Origin: Monocercomonoides exilis PA203
Lineage: Eukaryota > Protista > Preaxostyla
Direction of reading: 5' to 3'
Length of the DNA: 64,000 bases
Assembly (NCBI GenBank): GCA_001643675.2
Contig: LSRY02000013.1
Location: 1,054,001-1,118,000 of the forward strand
Below the pieces are notes generated by a model. The model saw only the letters and a program-made list of their open reading frames with translations. It searched no databases and had not been told where the DNA came from. The translations under genes and the position numbers were made by a program. This document shows positions 24,877-37,400 of the stretch, one piece after another (within the stretch, counting starts at the first letter, position 1; every line of letters begins with the position of its first letter).

Positions 24877-25116
24877 AGCGTCTGAAACATTTCACAATTA
24901 CAATTATGAATATGCTTAACTCAAAAGATATTGCAGTTGCCCATTCATTTCAGTCAATTAACAATATAAATAAATTTTCGACCATTGGCCGAAATGAAAA
25001 TCTCATTATTTAAAATAAAAATTTTTCTATTAAGTTGCAAAATAAAAATCCAATTTGATAATTCGTTTTTTATTTACAACAGTTTGATGGCAAAATGCAA
25101 AAGGGCGTTGAGGTGA

Positions 25117-25439
25117 TTAACGAAGGCGGCGAGCTTCTCTCTCAGATTCAAGAAGGGTGATGACATCACCAAGTTTCACTGGTCCCATTATGTTCCTTGT
25201 AATTGTACGATTTTCACCCTGAATATCGCATCTAACTTGTGTAATTCCACCACGAGAACCTGTGCGGCCAATAATTTTCACAACAGTAGCGTATTTGATT
25301 TGAGTAGCTGGTTGATCCTTATTATTGTTAATAATCCACCAAAAAATTGGATTTTTCGAAACAGCGAATCAAAAAGAGGTTAATAAAAAATCAATTGATA
25401 AAAATGTTTCATAATAAACATCAGAAGGAACCAAACCAT
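25117..25439 (-). CDS. RPS28: 40S ribosomal protein S28 (eS28), 67 aa
   Basis: Exon 25317-25117 reads [66 protein letters not shown]. The ATG comes from an upstream exon (25439-25437) across a GT-AG intron at 25436-25318. Confidence 0.95.
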
Positions 25440-25563
25440 CAAAAAAATCTTCCGCCTTTTTTTGCTTTTTAAATGTTTTACCACCTTCCTATTTAAGAAA
25501 AATATTTAGTAATGGAATAGATCAAAAATTGATTTTTTTTTTAACTTTTAAAATAATAAATAT

Positions 25564-26595
25564 TCACGAAAAAGTTTGTGTTCCAGATTCGATGCATTCT
25601 AAAAAATTGCAAATAAGTTGATTTGTGGATGATTGCTCTCTTTTCTTTCCTTGCTCAGAGTTATTTTTCTGTTTATGAATTTCAATTGTAATTTTCCATA
25701 AAGTTGTATGAATGAATTGAGCATTGACAATAAAAGTAGCGATGCATGGCAATATGGGAGGCGAAAATCCTTTCAATTGCTGTTCCGATTTCTGATCTAA
25801 GGGGCAAATGGCAGAAACTGGATGATCGGCTATGTAATCAACTGCTTCATCTTCATTGACAAGATGATGATAAGACGAAGGAAGGTAGTTTTCTATCAAA
25901 TTTCTGATATTTTCGCCTTCCATTGGAAAGGATAGATTTTTATGCTTATTTAGAATGGATTGGGAATAAGAGGAAATTATTTCCTTTATTCCTTTAATTT
26001 CTTCTTCTTCTTCTTTTTCTTTTTCTTCTTCTTTTCCTTCTTCTTTTCCTTCTTCTTTTCCTTCTATTCCATTTGTTCTGTCATTTGAAGATTGAATGGA
26101 ATGAATAAGATGAAAAGAAGAGAAAAGAGTGCGAAGGAAAGAGGAAGAGCTGATAAATCCTTCAAATAAGCAGATGCAGAAGGGGAAATGAGGAAGAGGA
26201 TGAGAAGAAGAAGAAGAAGAAGAAGGAGAAGAAGGAGAAGAAGGAGAAGAAGAAGAAGGAGGAGGAGGAGAAGAAGAAGAATGTTTATTATTATTATTAT
26301 TATTATTATTATCTCCATCAACAGCAACAACAAGCGCTGTATGCAATGCACCCACAAGCCTCACAATTCTCTCAAAAAGCTCAGCAGAATCCGAAGCAGC
26401 TGCCAAAACAGTCACTTCGCTGGGAACTTTGAATTTTTGGCTCCGTTTTGGAGGGAGGACAAAGGGGGATTGAAAAGTGAGTGGAGAAGAGATTGGAGGA
26501 TGGGGAAGATGTGGAAGATGTTGAAGGGGGAAAGAGGAAGGAGAAGAGGAAGAGGAAGAGGAAGAGGAAGAAGAGGAAGAAGAAGAGGAAGAGGA

Positions 26596-26626
<31 letters not shown>

Positions 26627-27603
26627 TATGATGACGATAATGATAAAGACGATGATGACAATGATGATGAGATATTATTTTCCTCTGTTTTGAGCTGTCT
26701 TCTCTGAAATACTTCAGTTTCCTCCTTCTCTTTCTCCTTTCTTCCTCTTTCTCCTCCTCTTTCTCTTTCTCTTTCTCTTTCTCTTTCTCTTTCTCTTTCT
26801 CTTTCTCTTCTTCCTCCTCCTCCTTTCATTTCCACTCCCTCCTCTCTCTCCTTCCCCTCTTCCATCCACTTCGCAATCACACCTTTTTCTATCAGTTCTT
26901 CAATCTTCAGAAACCTCCACGCAATCACCCATCTCGTTTTTCTCCCTTGAAATAGCTCAAAACAACGCATACACACAGCTTCACTTCCAGGAAGAATAAT
27001 AACTTTTTTATGTTTTATTTTGTTTATTTTTGCTATTGTTTTTGTAATGTTTTCAGGGTTTTTTGGTATTTTTGAATGAATTTTTGGTTTTTGTGCAGTT
27101 TTTATTGGTTCGTTTTCAAGAGTAATGTTGCTGTTGCTACTGCTGCTGTTGCTTTTGTCAAATGCAGAAGAAGAATATAATGCGCTGTTATCTTCTTCAT
27201 CTGTCACATTTGAATAAATACTGTTTCTTCTCTTTTCTTCTTCTCCTCCTCCTTCTCCTTCTCTTCCTTCTCCTTTTTCTTTTTCTTCTTCTCCTCCTCC
27301 TCCCACCTCTTCTCCTTCCACCTCCTCTCCTTCCACCTCCACTTCCACATTCAGCTCTGCAATCCTTCTTTTCAGCACAGCCACGTCTCTCTTCTTCCCC
27401 ACAAGCGACGTAAACCAGCCGATTTTCTCTTTCAATCTGCAGCTTTCTTCGATCAGCTGCCCAACAAACGCCACTTCGCCTCCGCTGCACTCCTTTTCGC
27501 TGGCTGTTCCGTCGCGGAAGGGGCGTCTCGAATGGAAAGAACGAGAAGAAGAAGAAGAATTGGAAGAAAAAGAAGAAGACGACGATGATGATGATGAAGA
27601 AAG

Positions 27604-27637
<34 letters not shown>

Positions 27638-29148
27638 AAGGAAGAAGAAGATGATGATGATGAAGGAGAAGAAAAAGAAGGGTGAGAGAAAGAAGATGAT
27701 GAATATGAGGGTGAATAGAAAGACGATGCAGGATGAGAAGATGAAAGAAGAGATGAAGAAGCAGATTGACAAGATGTTGTGGAATTTGAAGAGAAATTTT
27801 TTTCTTTGTTTCCTTTTCTTTCCTTTTGCATTTCTTTTTCTATTTCATCTTTTCCCTCTTCTTTCTCTTCTATTTCTTCAATTACTTTTTCTCCTCTTCT
27901 TTCTTTTACTATTTCTCTTTCTTTTTCTTTTTCTCTTTCTCTTTCTCTTTCTCTTTCTCCTCCTCCTCCTTCTTCTTCTTCTTCTGAGGCAAAAAAAGGC
28001 GGGTTGCACAGGCAAAAGTCGAAATAATCGTCTTGGAGAACAAAAGGGAGCATCACCTCGAACTTCTCATTTTTCTTCGCAGCCTCAAAATTTGAGTCAG
28101 ATTTTGCTGCTTTCACTTCCAATTTGCATTGTTGTTGTTGTTGTTTGAGTTCTGGTGAGATTTCTGGATTTTGTTCTGAAGAGGAAGAGGAGGAGGAAGA
28201 AGAAGGTGTAGAAGAAAGTGGAGAAGAAGAAGAAGAAATGAGACCTTGGTCGGGAGATGTTGTTTGGCGAATGCTAATTCTCTCATTCATTTCATTCAAT
28301 TGAATATTCATTCGAGCAAACGCAACAGACTCTGGGTCAATTTCTCATTGTAATAAATACGCGTTACAAGAGTAATCATAATATATATTTCATAAAAATG
28401 TTAACAAAAAAATAACTTGCTTTTGCAAACCAAGTCCCACAAATTCCCAATTAAATAATAATGCTCCAAGAATTGGATAAATTGCCAACGGCCCTGTACC
28501 ACTTGAAAACAATTCGATTAATCAAATAAGTGCGAATAAAAAAAATATTTCCCCCCCAAAGTTAAAAAAAATATAGCAATAATTGAAATCACACACATGT
28601 CAAGACCTCTAATATGATCCGCATATCCATTTCGAAAATAAACTCCTTTTCCAATATCCTTCAGCAATAACGAAATTGCATATAGATAATTAACTCTGGA
28701 TGGAATCGTTGGGCACAAATGCCCAGTTGGAAAAATTGTTTTCAGATGAAAATAATGATGCAATATTGCCTGTGTTAAAAGTCTGGCAAGTTGATAAATG
28801 AACAAATAAATATAATTTTACAATAATTTATTTAATTGTTGCACCTTGTAGAAGTTTCAGAATTCCAATTTAGAGAAAACTCACAATTATTTGAGTGGTA
28901 TGCACTAAACGCATTCAAAATAAAGGAAAAGAAAGGTTAATTCGAAGTTGCAATTGTAACAAAAAGAAAAAACATTTGTTTGAAAGAAGGGTATATTTGT
29001 GCAAGTTCAAAAAACGATACTGGAATGTCAAAATGTTCAATTCTTTGAAAAGGAACATTTGGAAGTTTCTTGTTGTAAAATTTTTCATTCTTCTAATATC
29101 ATTGTAAAGCACAAATGCAACGAAAACTTTATCATTCACACCATTCAT
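25564..29148 (-). CDS. METTL16: METTL16/RlmF-family RNA m6A methyltransferase with long low-complexity insertions
   Basis: Spliced exons give FFELAQIYPSFKQ, HLCPTIPSRVNYL, GLDIGTGPLAIYPILG, EIDPESVAFARMNI, FDFCLCNPPFF, GGEVAFV, WFTSLVGKK and QGRKTRWVIAW. The first exon position is approximate. Confidence 0.9.
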
Positions 29149-29494
29149 TACAATCACGCTTTCTTTTTATAACGATAAAAAAACGATAACAAATTTTTCT
29201 TTTTTATATAATTAATTTCTGAAAAAAAAAGTCCAAAAAAAAGGTAAATATTTTTGTTTGCAAAATAAGTGGAAAAAAAAATTGAACCAATTAATGTTCA
29301 TAATAAATTGCTTAGATTGAAACAAAAGAGAGATACATGCAATTAAAATTTCATTTTTGATTTCTCTTTTTGAATAAACAAAAAATCAAAACTTTGAGAA
29401 TCAAAATGAATGAATTTATTTTATGAAGCAGCATCGTTTTGGAAACATTGATGAACAAAGAATTATAATGAGAAAATAATTAAAAGGATTGGGA

Positions 29495-30546
29495 AATCAC
29501 AACTTGAAATCACATTCAGAAACTTATTTTTTTTTTTCCGATTTTTTATCATAGAATGATTTTAGATAATATTATAAAACATGCCAAGGGTGAATTTTTC
29601 ATTTTCGCTATTCTTATTTTTTCAACGAAAAAAAATCAAATTTGAGAAAATTTTTTGTAATGATCAAACTTTTTTCAAAAAAATTTATTCAAAATCAATC
29701 GATTAAAAGAATTGTTTAAATATTTGAATGGAATTCTAAATTTGTCATTTTTTATTTTTATAAAGAAGGAAAATTGAAAGTTATAAATTTATTTTAATAT
29801 TTTATAATTTACACCATTTATTATTCAAATTTGGTCAATTTATTATTCAAAATTAATAAACTGATTATTCGATTTTGGTAAACTTCTTATTCAAAATTGA
29901 TAAAATTGAGTATTTTTTAAAAATTTTTTGTGAAAAATTGGTTATTGGCCGAATGTCAGAAAGTGATGAAAATGCTTTATTTAGTTAATATTCATAAAAA
30001 TGTTGACAAATAACACAAATCGATGTTCAATTTATCAACATTTTTATGAATATTAACTAAATAAAGCATTTTCATCACTTTCTGACATTCGGCCAATAAC
30101 CAATTTTTCACAAAAAATTTTTAAAAAATACTCAATTTTATCAATTTTGAATAAGAAGTTTACCAAAATCGAATAATCAGTTTATTAATTTTGAATAATA
30201 AATTGACCAAATTTGAATAATAAATGGTGTAAATTATAAAATATTAAAATAAATTTATAACTTTCAATTTTCCTTCTTTATAAAAATAAAAAATGACAAA
30301 TTTAGAATTCCATTCAAATATTTAAACAATTCTTTTAATCGATTGATTTTGAATAAATTTTTTTGAAAAAAGTTTGATCATTACAAAAAATTTTCTCAAA
30401 TTTGATTTTTTTTCGTTGAAAAAATAAGAATAGCGAAAATGAAAAATTCACCCTTGGCATGTTTTATAATATTATCTAAAATCATTCTATGATAAAAAAT
30501 CGGAAAAAAAAAAATAAGTTTCTGAATGTGATTTCAAGTTGTGATT
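29495..30546. repeat. Near-perfect palindrome: 517-bp arms and an 18-nt spacer
   Basis: 29495-30011 is the reverse complement of 30030-30546 (end coordinates sum to 60041 both outside and inside). The only mismatch I saw is at 30007/30034, next to the loop. Confidence 0.95.
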
Positions 30547-30751
30547 CACCTCTTTTGGAGTTATTGTCGGGGACAAAATTCGGGACACTTCATTCTTGAA
30601 TAATTTTTTTGAATGCATATTTGAAACAATTCCAAATCAAAAAAACAATTCTTGATCAACTTTCTTGATTTATCTTTTGAATGCCTGTCAAAAAATTTAT
30701 CTCTTCAATAAGAAATTATATCAAATAGAATGATCAAACTTCCATACATTA

Positions 30752-31200
30752 CAGTCAAAACCGGATATAATCACATCGAATACAATCACATTCGTTTATA
30801 GTCACATTTTTCCATGCACCAACATTTATAGCTCATTTTTCATTCATTTCCCATCGAATAAAATCACAGGGATGAAAATATATAATCACATTTTAAATTA
30901 TTTTGGGTGATTTTTTCAATGAAAAATCGGTTTTTTGATCAAAAATTTCGAAAAATCGATTTTTAAAAATAATGTTTAAATGAGTCTGAATAACATAATA
31001 AAACAATAAAAATTGTTATTTCTATTGAAAAATGGGTATTTGTCAAGTTTTTTCAAAAATAAAAAATTGACCCAAAATTAGTTATTTCAAAAATTAAATT
31101 TCATATTTTTCTGTGTTAAGTCACATCGCTTATAATCATAATCGGATATTGTCACAAAAAGTCGTGCAAAAACCGATGTGATTATATCCGGTTTTGACTG
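30752..31200. mobile_element. 449-bp MITE, TA-targeting, pogo-type CAGT termini
   Basis: Perfect 27-bp TIR cagtcaaaaccggatataatcacatcg at 30752-30778 and 31174-31200. TA at 30750-51 and 31201-02. No ORF. Confidence 0.93.
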
Positions 31201-31203
31201 TAT

Positions 31204-32935
31204 ATGAAAAAAGCAAACGTTTCTTCGCCTCTCCCTTTCAACAAATAATCACCAATTTAGGCCTCAGCAGAGTTTCGCCGGCTCCCTTCAAAAGTGGAAA
31301 AAGTTGTTCATCTTGTGAAACAAGATGGAATGAAACCTTCAGATCTTGTGAAAAATAAAATTATTACTCATTCTTCCATTTACCGGCATATGGCTTCAAA
31401 AAAAGCAGGGCGTGATCCTCAACATGCTGGCAGGCTAGAGCTATTCAATAAATAGGAAATCGAGGAAATAGAAGATTGTGCAATTGCACAAATATCATCC
31501 ACAAACAAATTGACAGTTTCAGACATTATCAGATTCGTTTGTTGCTATTTGTAAGTTTTATTTTTTAATTGTGCATTTTTGATAATCAGAAAATGTGCTG
31601 ATGAAGAAAAAGAAGGAATGCACACGACCGCCTGAAGTCAGGAAAATCAGCAAAAAATGGGCACGCAGGTTGATAAAGAAAAGTGGATTACTGAAATTAA
31701 TAAAACCAACTTTTATAGATCTTCATCGCCTTCAAGCATCTTCAATTGAAAACATGAGGAATTGGTTTTCGTTGTTGAAAAATGTGATTGATGATTGTAA
31801 TATTTCGTCAGATTAAATCATCAATCTGGACGAAACTGACATCTTGATGTAGCAGTCAGACGAGGAAATAGTAGACACAAAAGAATCTCAACATGATTTT
31901 TTACCAGAAGCACAGAGAAGGAAAAATGCAACATTATTTTTTTCTATTTTTGCAGATGGAACGTCACTTGATTCAATCATGCAATGGCCTTCTCAGACCA
32001 TTTCCGAGGATCTAAAGGAATTGAAGTATCATCGAACTAACTGTTTGGCAAATGGGACAGGCTGGATGACAAGAAGAGATTTTGAAAAAGTTATGATAGA
32101 AATATTATTGCCAAAAATAAATGAGAAAAGAGTTGAGCTTCATGGACGGTCTTCCTTCTCTTTGATAATACTTGATGGATATTCCTCTCGTTTAAGTTTT
32201 CCAGTGATATCTTTATGCAGAGATCATTTAATCCATTTATTGATTCTTCCATCACAGACAACACATCTCACTCAGCCGCTGGATAGGTTTGTATTCGCGC
32301 ATTTCAAAAACAGCCTATAAAGAGCATTCTCGGTTCCTTCTGATTCGTCAATTTCTTCTTACAGAAAATCATTAATACAAGCAGTATCAGAAGCGGTTAA
32401 TAACTCTCTCTCTCCAAGAATTGTGAAAAAGTCATTTGAAGCATTCGGAATTTTCCCATTTGACCCTTCTGTCGTATATCAGTGCCTTCCGCAGAACATT
32501 GAAGCCTCTTCGATAGCAGAAAAAGTGGTAAACAATTCTTCACTTTCAAGCAGAATCAGCATGAAATTAATAACAGGAAATAATTTTTTCGAAAGCTTTT
32601 CCATGCAATAAGATAAAAAAAAGGAAAGTCAGCAAAATAGCTCAGCAACAAAGCAGGATGGTGCAATCTCTGAGGTGAAGGAATCATCTAATGTTAAGGA
32701 CAAAAGCTCAAATGAAACAGGACCTGTTGAAAATGTCAACTTTCAAAATCATGGAAGGAAAACAATTATTCACGATGATGTTTCTTCGAAACAATCTGAT
32801 AATTCAGAGGATCGAAAAGAGCAACGAGATACATCAGAAGAAGAGATTCTTTTCCCCAGTGAAAAAGGAAAAGAAAACTAACTTCAGAAAGCAAATGGGG
32901 ATCCATCTTCAATTACAGTTAAAAATATTTAATGA
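31204..32935 (+). pseudogene. DDE_1 transposase pseudogene with in-frame TAA/TAG stops
   Basis: INLDET, IILDGYSSR and HLTQPLD (DD35D spacing). ORFs 31595, 31979, 32423 and 32675 are all in one frame, separated only by stop codons. Confidence 0.88.
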
Positions 32936-33194
32936 AAGTCACAAATTATTTATTCTTTGATTATTCAAACATGATTCGACGTTATTTAACAGTGCTTTGT
33001 TTTCAATTGCTTTGAAATCGCCAATCTTTTTTAACTGACATTTTGATTGCAAATTCAATTCAGATATTTTCATTTGGCTTGTTCGATCCACCTAAATACA
33101 CGAAAAACTCGATAATCAGCACATTTTTCCATTAAAAGTGTTCAATTGTGTCAAAAAAAGCTAAATGGAATATCCCGGGTTTTGTCCCTGACTA

Positions 33195-33910
33195 TAATGG
33201 TTGTGGCATCTGTTCCATTTTTTGTGAATACGGTTTCAACAACGCAGAAGATGAGTGTTCGAGAATGAATAAATGTTGAGCTGAGGAGAGTGAGGGAGTC
33301 ATCTTTGTTGAAAGAAAAGTTACCAAGTGTTTATTCAATTGAAGCACATGGAATCTGATGAGATCTCCCATAAACATCGAAATCACTTCAGCTGTTGAAA
33401 ATGATTCTATTCTACAACTCGTTTGATGAACCAGCTGTTGTGTTCGGTATTGTCTGTTCCTCCGTTGTTTTGTTCTCGTTTTGTCAGATTTGATTGCTCT
33501 GTTGGAACATATTCATTTCAAAGAAGTTTCATCATCAAAATATTAACAACGCTCCCTTCCTCTTTGGAACCAAACTCTTCTTTCAAAGCCAAAGCAACAT
33601 TGAGAAAAATCAAGGAAGATAAAGTTGCCATTATTTCATTCTTTTCATCCACTGCTCAAACATCTCATTCGGCTGACAAGTGTCCATTTGCAATATCGAA
33701 ACCCCAGTTGCTCAATCAGTTCTTCAATTCATCGGTAATGACGAAGTCTTTTCAAAAAAGCAACAATTGTTGACGAGCTTCCACAAACTCTCCATTCAGC
33801 ATTCACATATTCAGCGATGAAATATGAATTTTCAGACAGCTGAGTTCTCAGCAAAGCATCTGGATCTGTGCTCATGAAGTGCTCGCTCCCTTCAAAAAAA
33901 GTTCTCTTCC
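33195..33910 (-). pseudogene. Degenerate coding-like remnant flanking transposon C
   Basis: Higher-GC, codon-like sequence with frequent stops; family not identified. Confidence 0.25.
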
Positions 33911-34336
33911 TTTCTGTTCAAATAAGTTCAAATTCTTTTAAAAATGAAAAACAAAAAAAAACTTTTCAAAAAAATAATAATAATAATAATATAACACAGT
34001 GAAAAATAATCGCATCAAGGCAAGAGCAAGAGTGACGCGCAAAGATAATTGCAAAAGAACGCTTCCACAAGGAAATACTTATAAAAACAGAGAAAGATAT
34101 AAAGAAGAGTCGAGCGCTTGAAATGCAACAAAGAGCTTGCTCAAAATCATAATTCAAAAACCGAAATAAAACATATTAATAACAACTTGTTTCTTTTGGA
34201 AAAAAAAAAACAAATAATCACACACAAATTTCATTTCAAAAATATTCATTGTTTAGATAAAACAAAAAATTGCCCCATAACAAGAAAAAAACTCTTTTGA
34301 AAGAATAAAAAAGGAAAATAAATAAGAAGCATATGC

Positions 34337-34372
<36 letters not shown>

Positions 34373-34428
34373 TATTATTATTATAATTATAATGAAACAT
34401 CACTGAACATGCACATAAACCTTTCCAT

Positions 34429-37400
34429 TCATTCTTTCAACAATGCTATCACTTCCGCCAGGTTGGGTCTGTCATTTGGCTCATCTGCCCACATCTTCTC
34501 CATCACCTCAACCATTTCTTCTCCTTCGATTCCTTCTGTCAGCGGTCGCACCCCATCCCTTATCATCTCCTGTGCTTCTTCTGCATTGCATTCACTCAAA
34601 GGCACTTCCCCTGTTATCATCTCATACAGAATCAGTCCAAGTGAAAAAACAACTGCCTTTTCAATTCCCTCTTCTTCATCTCTCGCTTCAGGTGCCTTCC
34701 ATCGCTTCATTTCTTCCTTCTGCTTTTCATCAGCCAGTTTTTCTGTCAATACGTAGATTTCATTTTCGTTTCCTTCTTCAACAAAGATTGAATATGGGCA
34801 CAGCTGTCTTGCCATCATTTCCACCCTTTCATCTCCAACTGAAATCAAATGCTCAAACAGCTCTGCCACTGCCAAAACCACCTCCTTCCCATCAACAACA
34901 TCCATCGCTCTTGTTCCCAGTGTGAAATTGCTTTGCACTGAATGAATCACCGAATGCAGAGTTTTGATGTTCTTTTTCTCCTTCTCTTGAAATGGCTTCT
35001 TGGCTGATATGACGTTGAATGAATTATTCTGATGAACTCCAGAAGCAGAAGCATTCTCAGAAAACGGTATTGGAGATTCCAAATCTGGAAGATCATTTTC
35101 ATTCAAAATTCCATCGTTGCTCATCGAAGGAGGATCTGGAAGATCTTCTTCATCGTTGTCAATTAGCAAAGGAATTTGGATCGTCATCCCTTCCAGCAGT
35201 GTGGATGGCATGTCGCTCATCTCAAACTCTCTTCTGCTCTCTTCTTTTTGCCTTTCAAGCCTTTCCACAATTTGTGCATATTCCCAGCGCGCCTTCTCAG
35301 CTTTCTTTTCCGCATCTTTCAGCTTCCTTCGCAGAAGAGCCACAACAATCGCAAATGCCACCAAAGCAATAAGCAGAAGAATCATGCACACTGCAAATGC
35401 AGCAATTCCCCATTCAGACTTTCTTGCTCCTTTGGCAGCATTATCTTCTTCCTTTCGTTCGGGCTCGCTTCTGTTCTTCAGAATGAACGACTGAGTCGTC
35501 GAAGGAGAATCAGCATTCCCAAACACAATGCACACCCTCACTTCTGCACTCGCCTCTGCTCCCCTGACCATCTCCAACCCAATTGCACCATGAACCTCCT
35601 CTTCGCTCACAAATCCAGTGTCTGCCAGCTCACATGCCTCAATCTGTTCAACATCTCCAACAGACGAAACAACCCGAAAAGACAGGTTGCACGGAAGGAG
35701 AAGCGTGCCCCTGAATATCAGATTCAACAAGCTTTCATTCTCCTCTGTTTCCACCGAATGAAGCGTGGGGATAAAAAATGGCGATGCTCGTTCTCCAGCA
35801 ATCCCCTTCAACACGCACCCATCATTCAGGATCCACATCGATGAACTTGGTAAAACTCCATCTCCTCCTTTCAAGCTCACAACATCCAAAACTCCCGAAT
35901 CAGAACAAAGCATATTTCTTCGAACAGATGGAAAATTTGAAATTAATGGATTGTCATCTCTGAATTCACATTCTGTTACCGAAGCTGTTGCACAACAAAG
36001 TGATAATCCTCCTTTTGACGAGTCAGCAATCATTGATCCTTCAATTTGGACAGTTGCACGCAACAAATGAAGCAGAGACCCGTTCCACCGACAGATCTCC
36101 TCTGAGAATATGGAGTCTTTCCCAGCAGCAACAACGTTCGGTAGACCGCTCGTGCCAAAGAGATGGCAGTCTCTCATTTTCAAGCTCTGAACATTATCCA
36201 CAAACGCAACGCTGCCTTGATGAGAGGACGAGAAGCAGTTCGTGAATGTGCTGTTTTCAACAGTGATTGTTGAATGGAGACCAGGCAAAGCAGCCCTTAT
36301 TGCAGAAGGGCCTTCATTAGCTCGTGTGATTTGATCGAATACAGCAGAGGTTATTTCAATGACTGCAGTGTCTGTTGCATACAACGAGGAGAAAGATGAA
36401 GCCAAAGAAATATCAATAGCTTCTCCTGAATTCAGTGTAATATCATGCAATTCCAACTTTTCAATGGAAGTGCTCTTATCAGAAACTTTAATGGATATGA
36501 GATCAAAGTTGGTCGATGTTGAAGCTTTTATTGAGGAGCAAATGATGTTAAGAGCATTGAACGGACAATCATCAGCCACAATGAGAGAAGAAGAAAGAAT
36601 AGAGTTTGTACAATTAACGTTAGAGATATCAACATCAACAGCTGAAGAAGAAAAGAAAAACATCGGAGAAATGCAATTCAAAGAAGAAATCGTACAATTA
36701 GCCAGCTTAAACTCTCCTGAAGCAACATAAAACAATGATGGAATAATGCTCAGCTCTGCCATCGAAGAGAATGAAATATCCTTTGCATCAATGGAACCGC
36801 TTTGAAGATACAGCACAGCTTTGTGCTGAGACGAAAATGACTCAGAAAAGTTAAAGTTCAAATTATTCATAACGATTTCGTTAACCAGCGTCAAAATAGA
36901 CGCATCAGGATTTGAAGCAGCAAGGCTTGCATTGAGCTCAATCATCGCTTGTTTGATTGCATACGGCTTCACAGTTGCGTCTAAGATTTTAGCTTCATTC
37001 GATATTAGTGTCGCATCTTTAACAAACACCACTCGAACTAATCCTGTGTCCAGATGAGTCACGCCAATGTTGATGCTCTTGCATGGGCAGGCATTTACCC
37101 CGCACTGCCTCGAGTCTTCACCATTGACAGCAGACAAGAAGATGATCTCGTTCTTGTAGAATGTGATGATGGGAATTAAATCCTTGTCCCGCTCTAAAGC
37201 ATCATTCGCGTTGACGGCAGTGTCTATCTGAAGCGAAGGCTGGCCAAAATCCAAGCTGAAAAGCGTTTCGTCGATTTGCTCTGAAATGCTGTGGCAGTTG
37301 ATAAACATATCTTTCCCCACTTTCGCATCGTTGTTGTTGAATCGTACAGAGTTCATGCGAAGCGGAAGCTTCTGAAGGGGAAAAGGCAGAAAGTCAGTTG

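Larger units (their letters stand above)
30564..33194 (+). mobile_element. Degenerate pogo-like DD35D transposon, copy C, containing a nested MITE
   Basis: Diverged ~31-bp TIRs: ttgtcggggacaaaattcgggacacttcatt on the left and tagtcagggacaaaacccgggatattccatt (reverse complement) on the right. TA at 30562-63 and 33195-96. Confidence 0.8.

Noticed and set aside
25318-25436. Possible intronic snoRNA in RPS28
   Set aside because: No convincing box C/D pair or H/ACA structure.
26064-28148. Overlapping poly-Leu/Arg/Phe ORFs
   Set aside because: Alternative frames and antisense readings of trinucleotide repeats inside METTL16.
29818-29905. CRISPR-like array
   Set aside because: Contiguous degenerate units without spacers, in a eukaryotic context with no cas genes.
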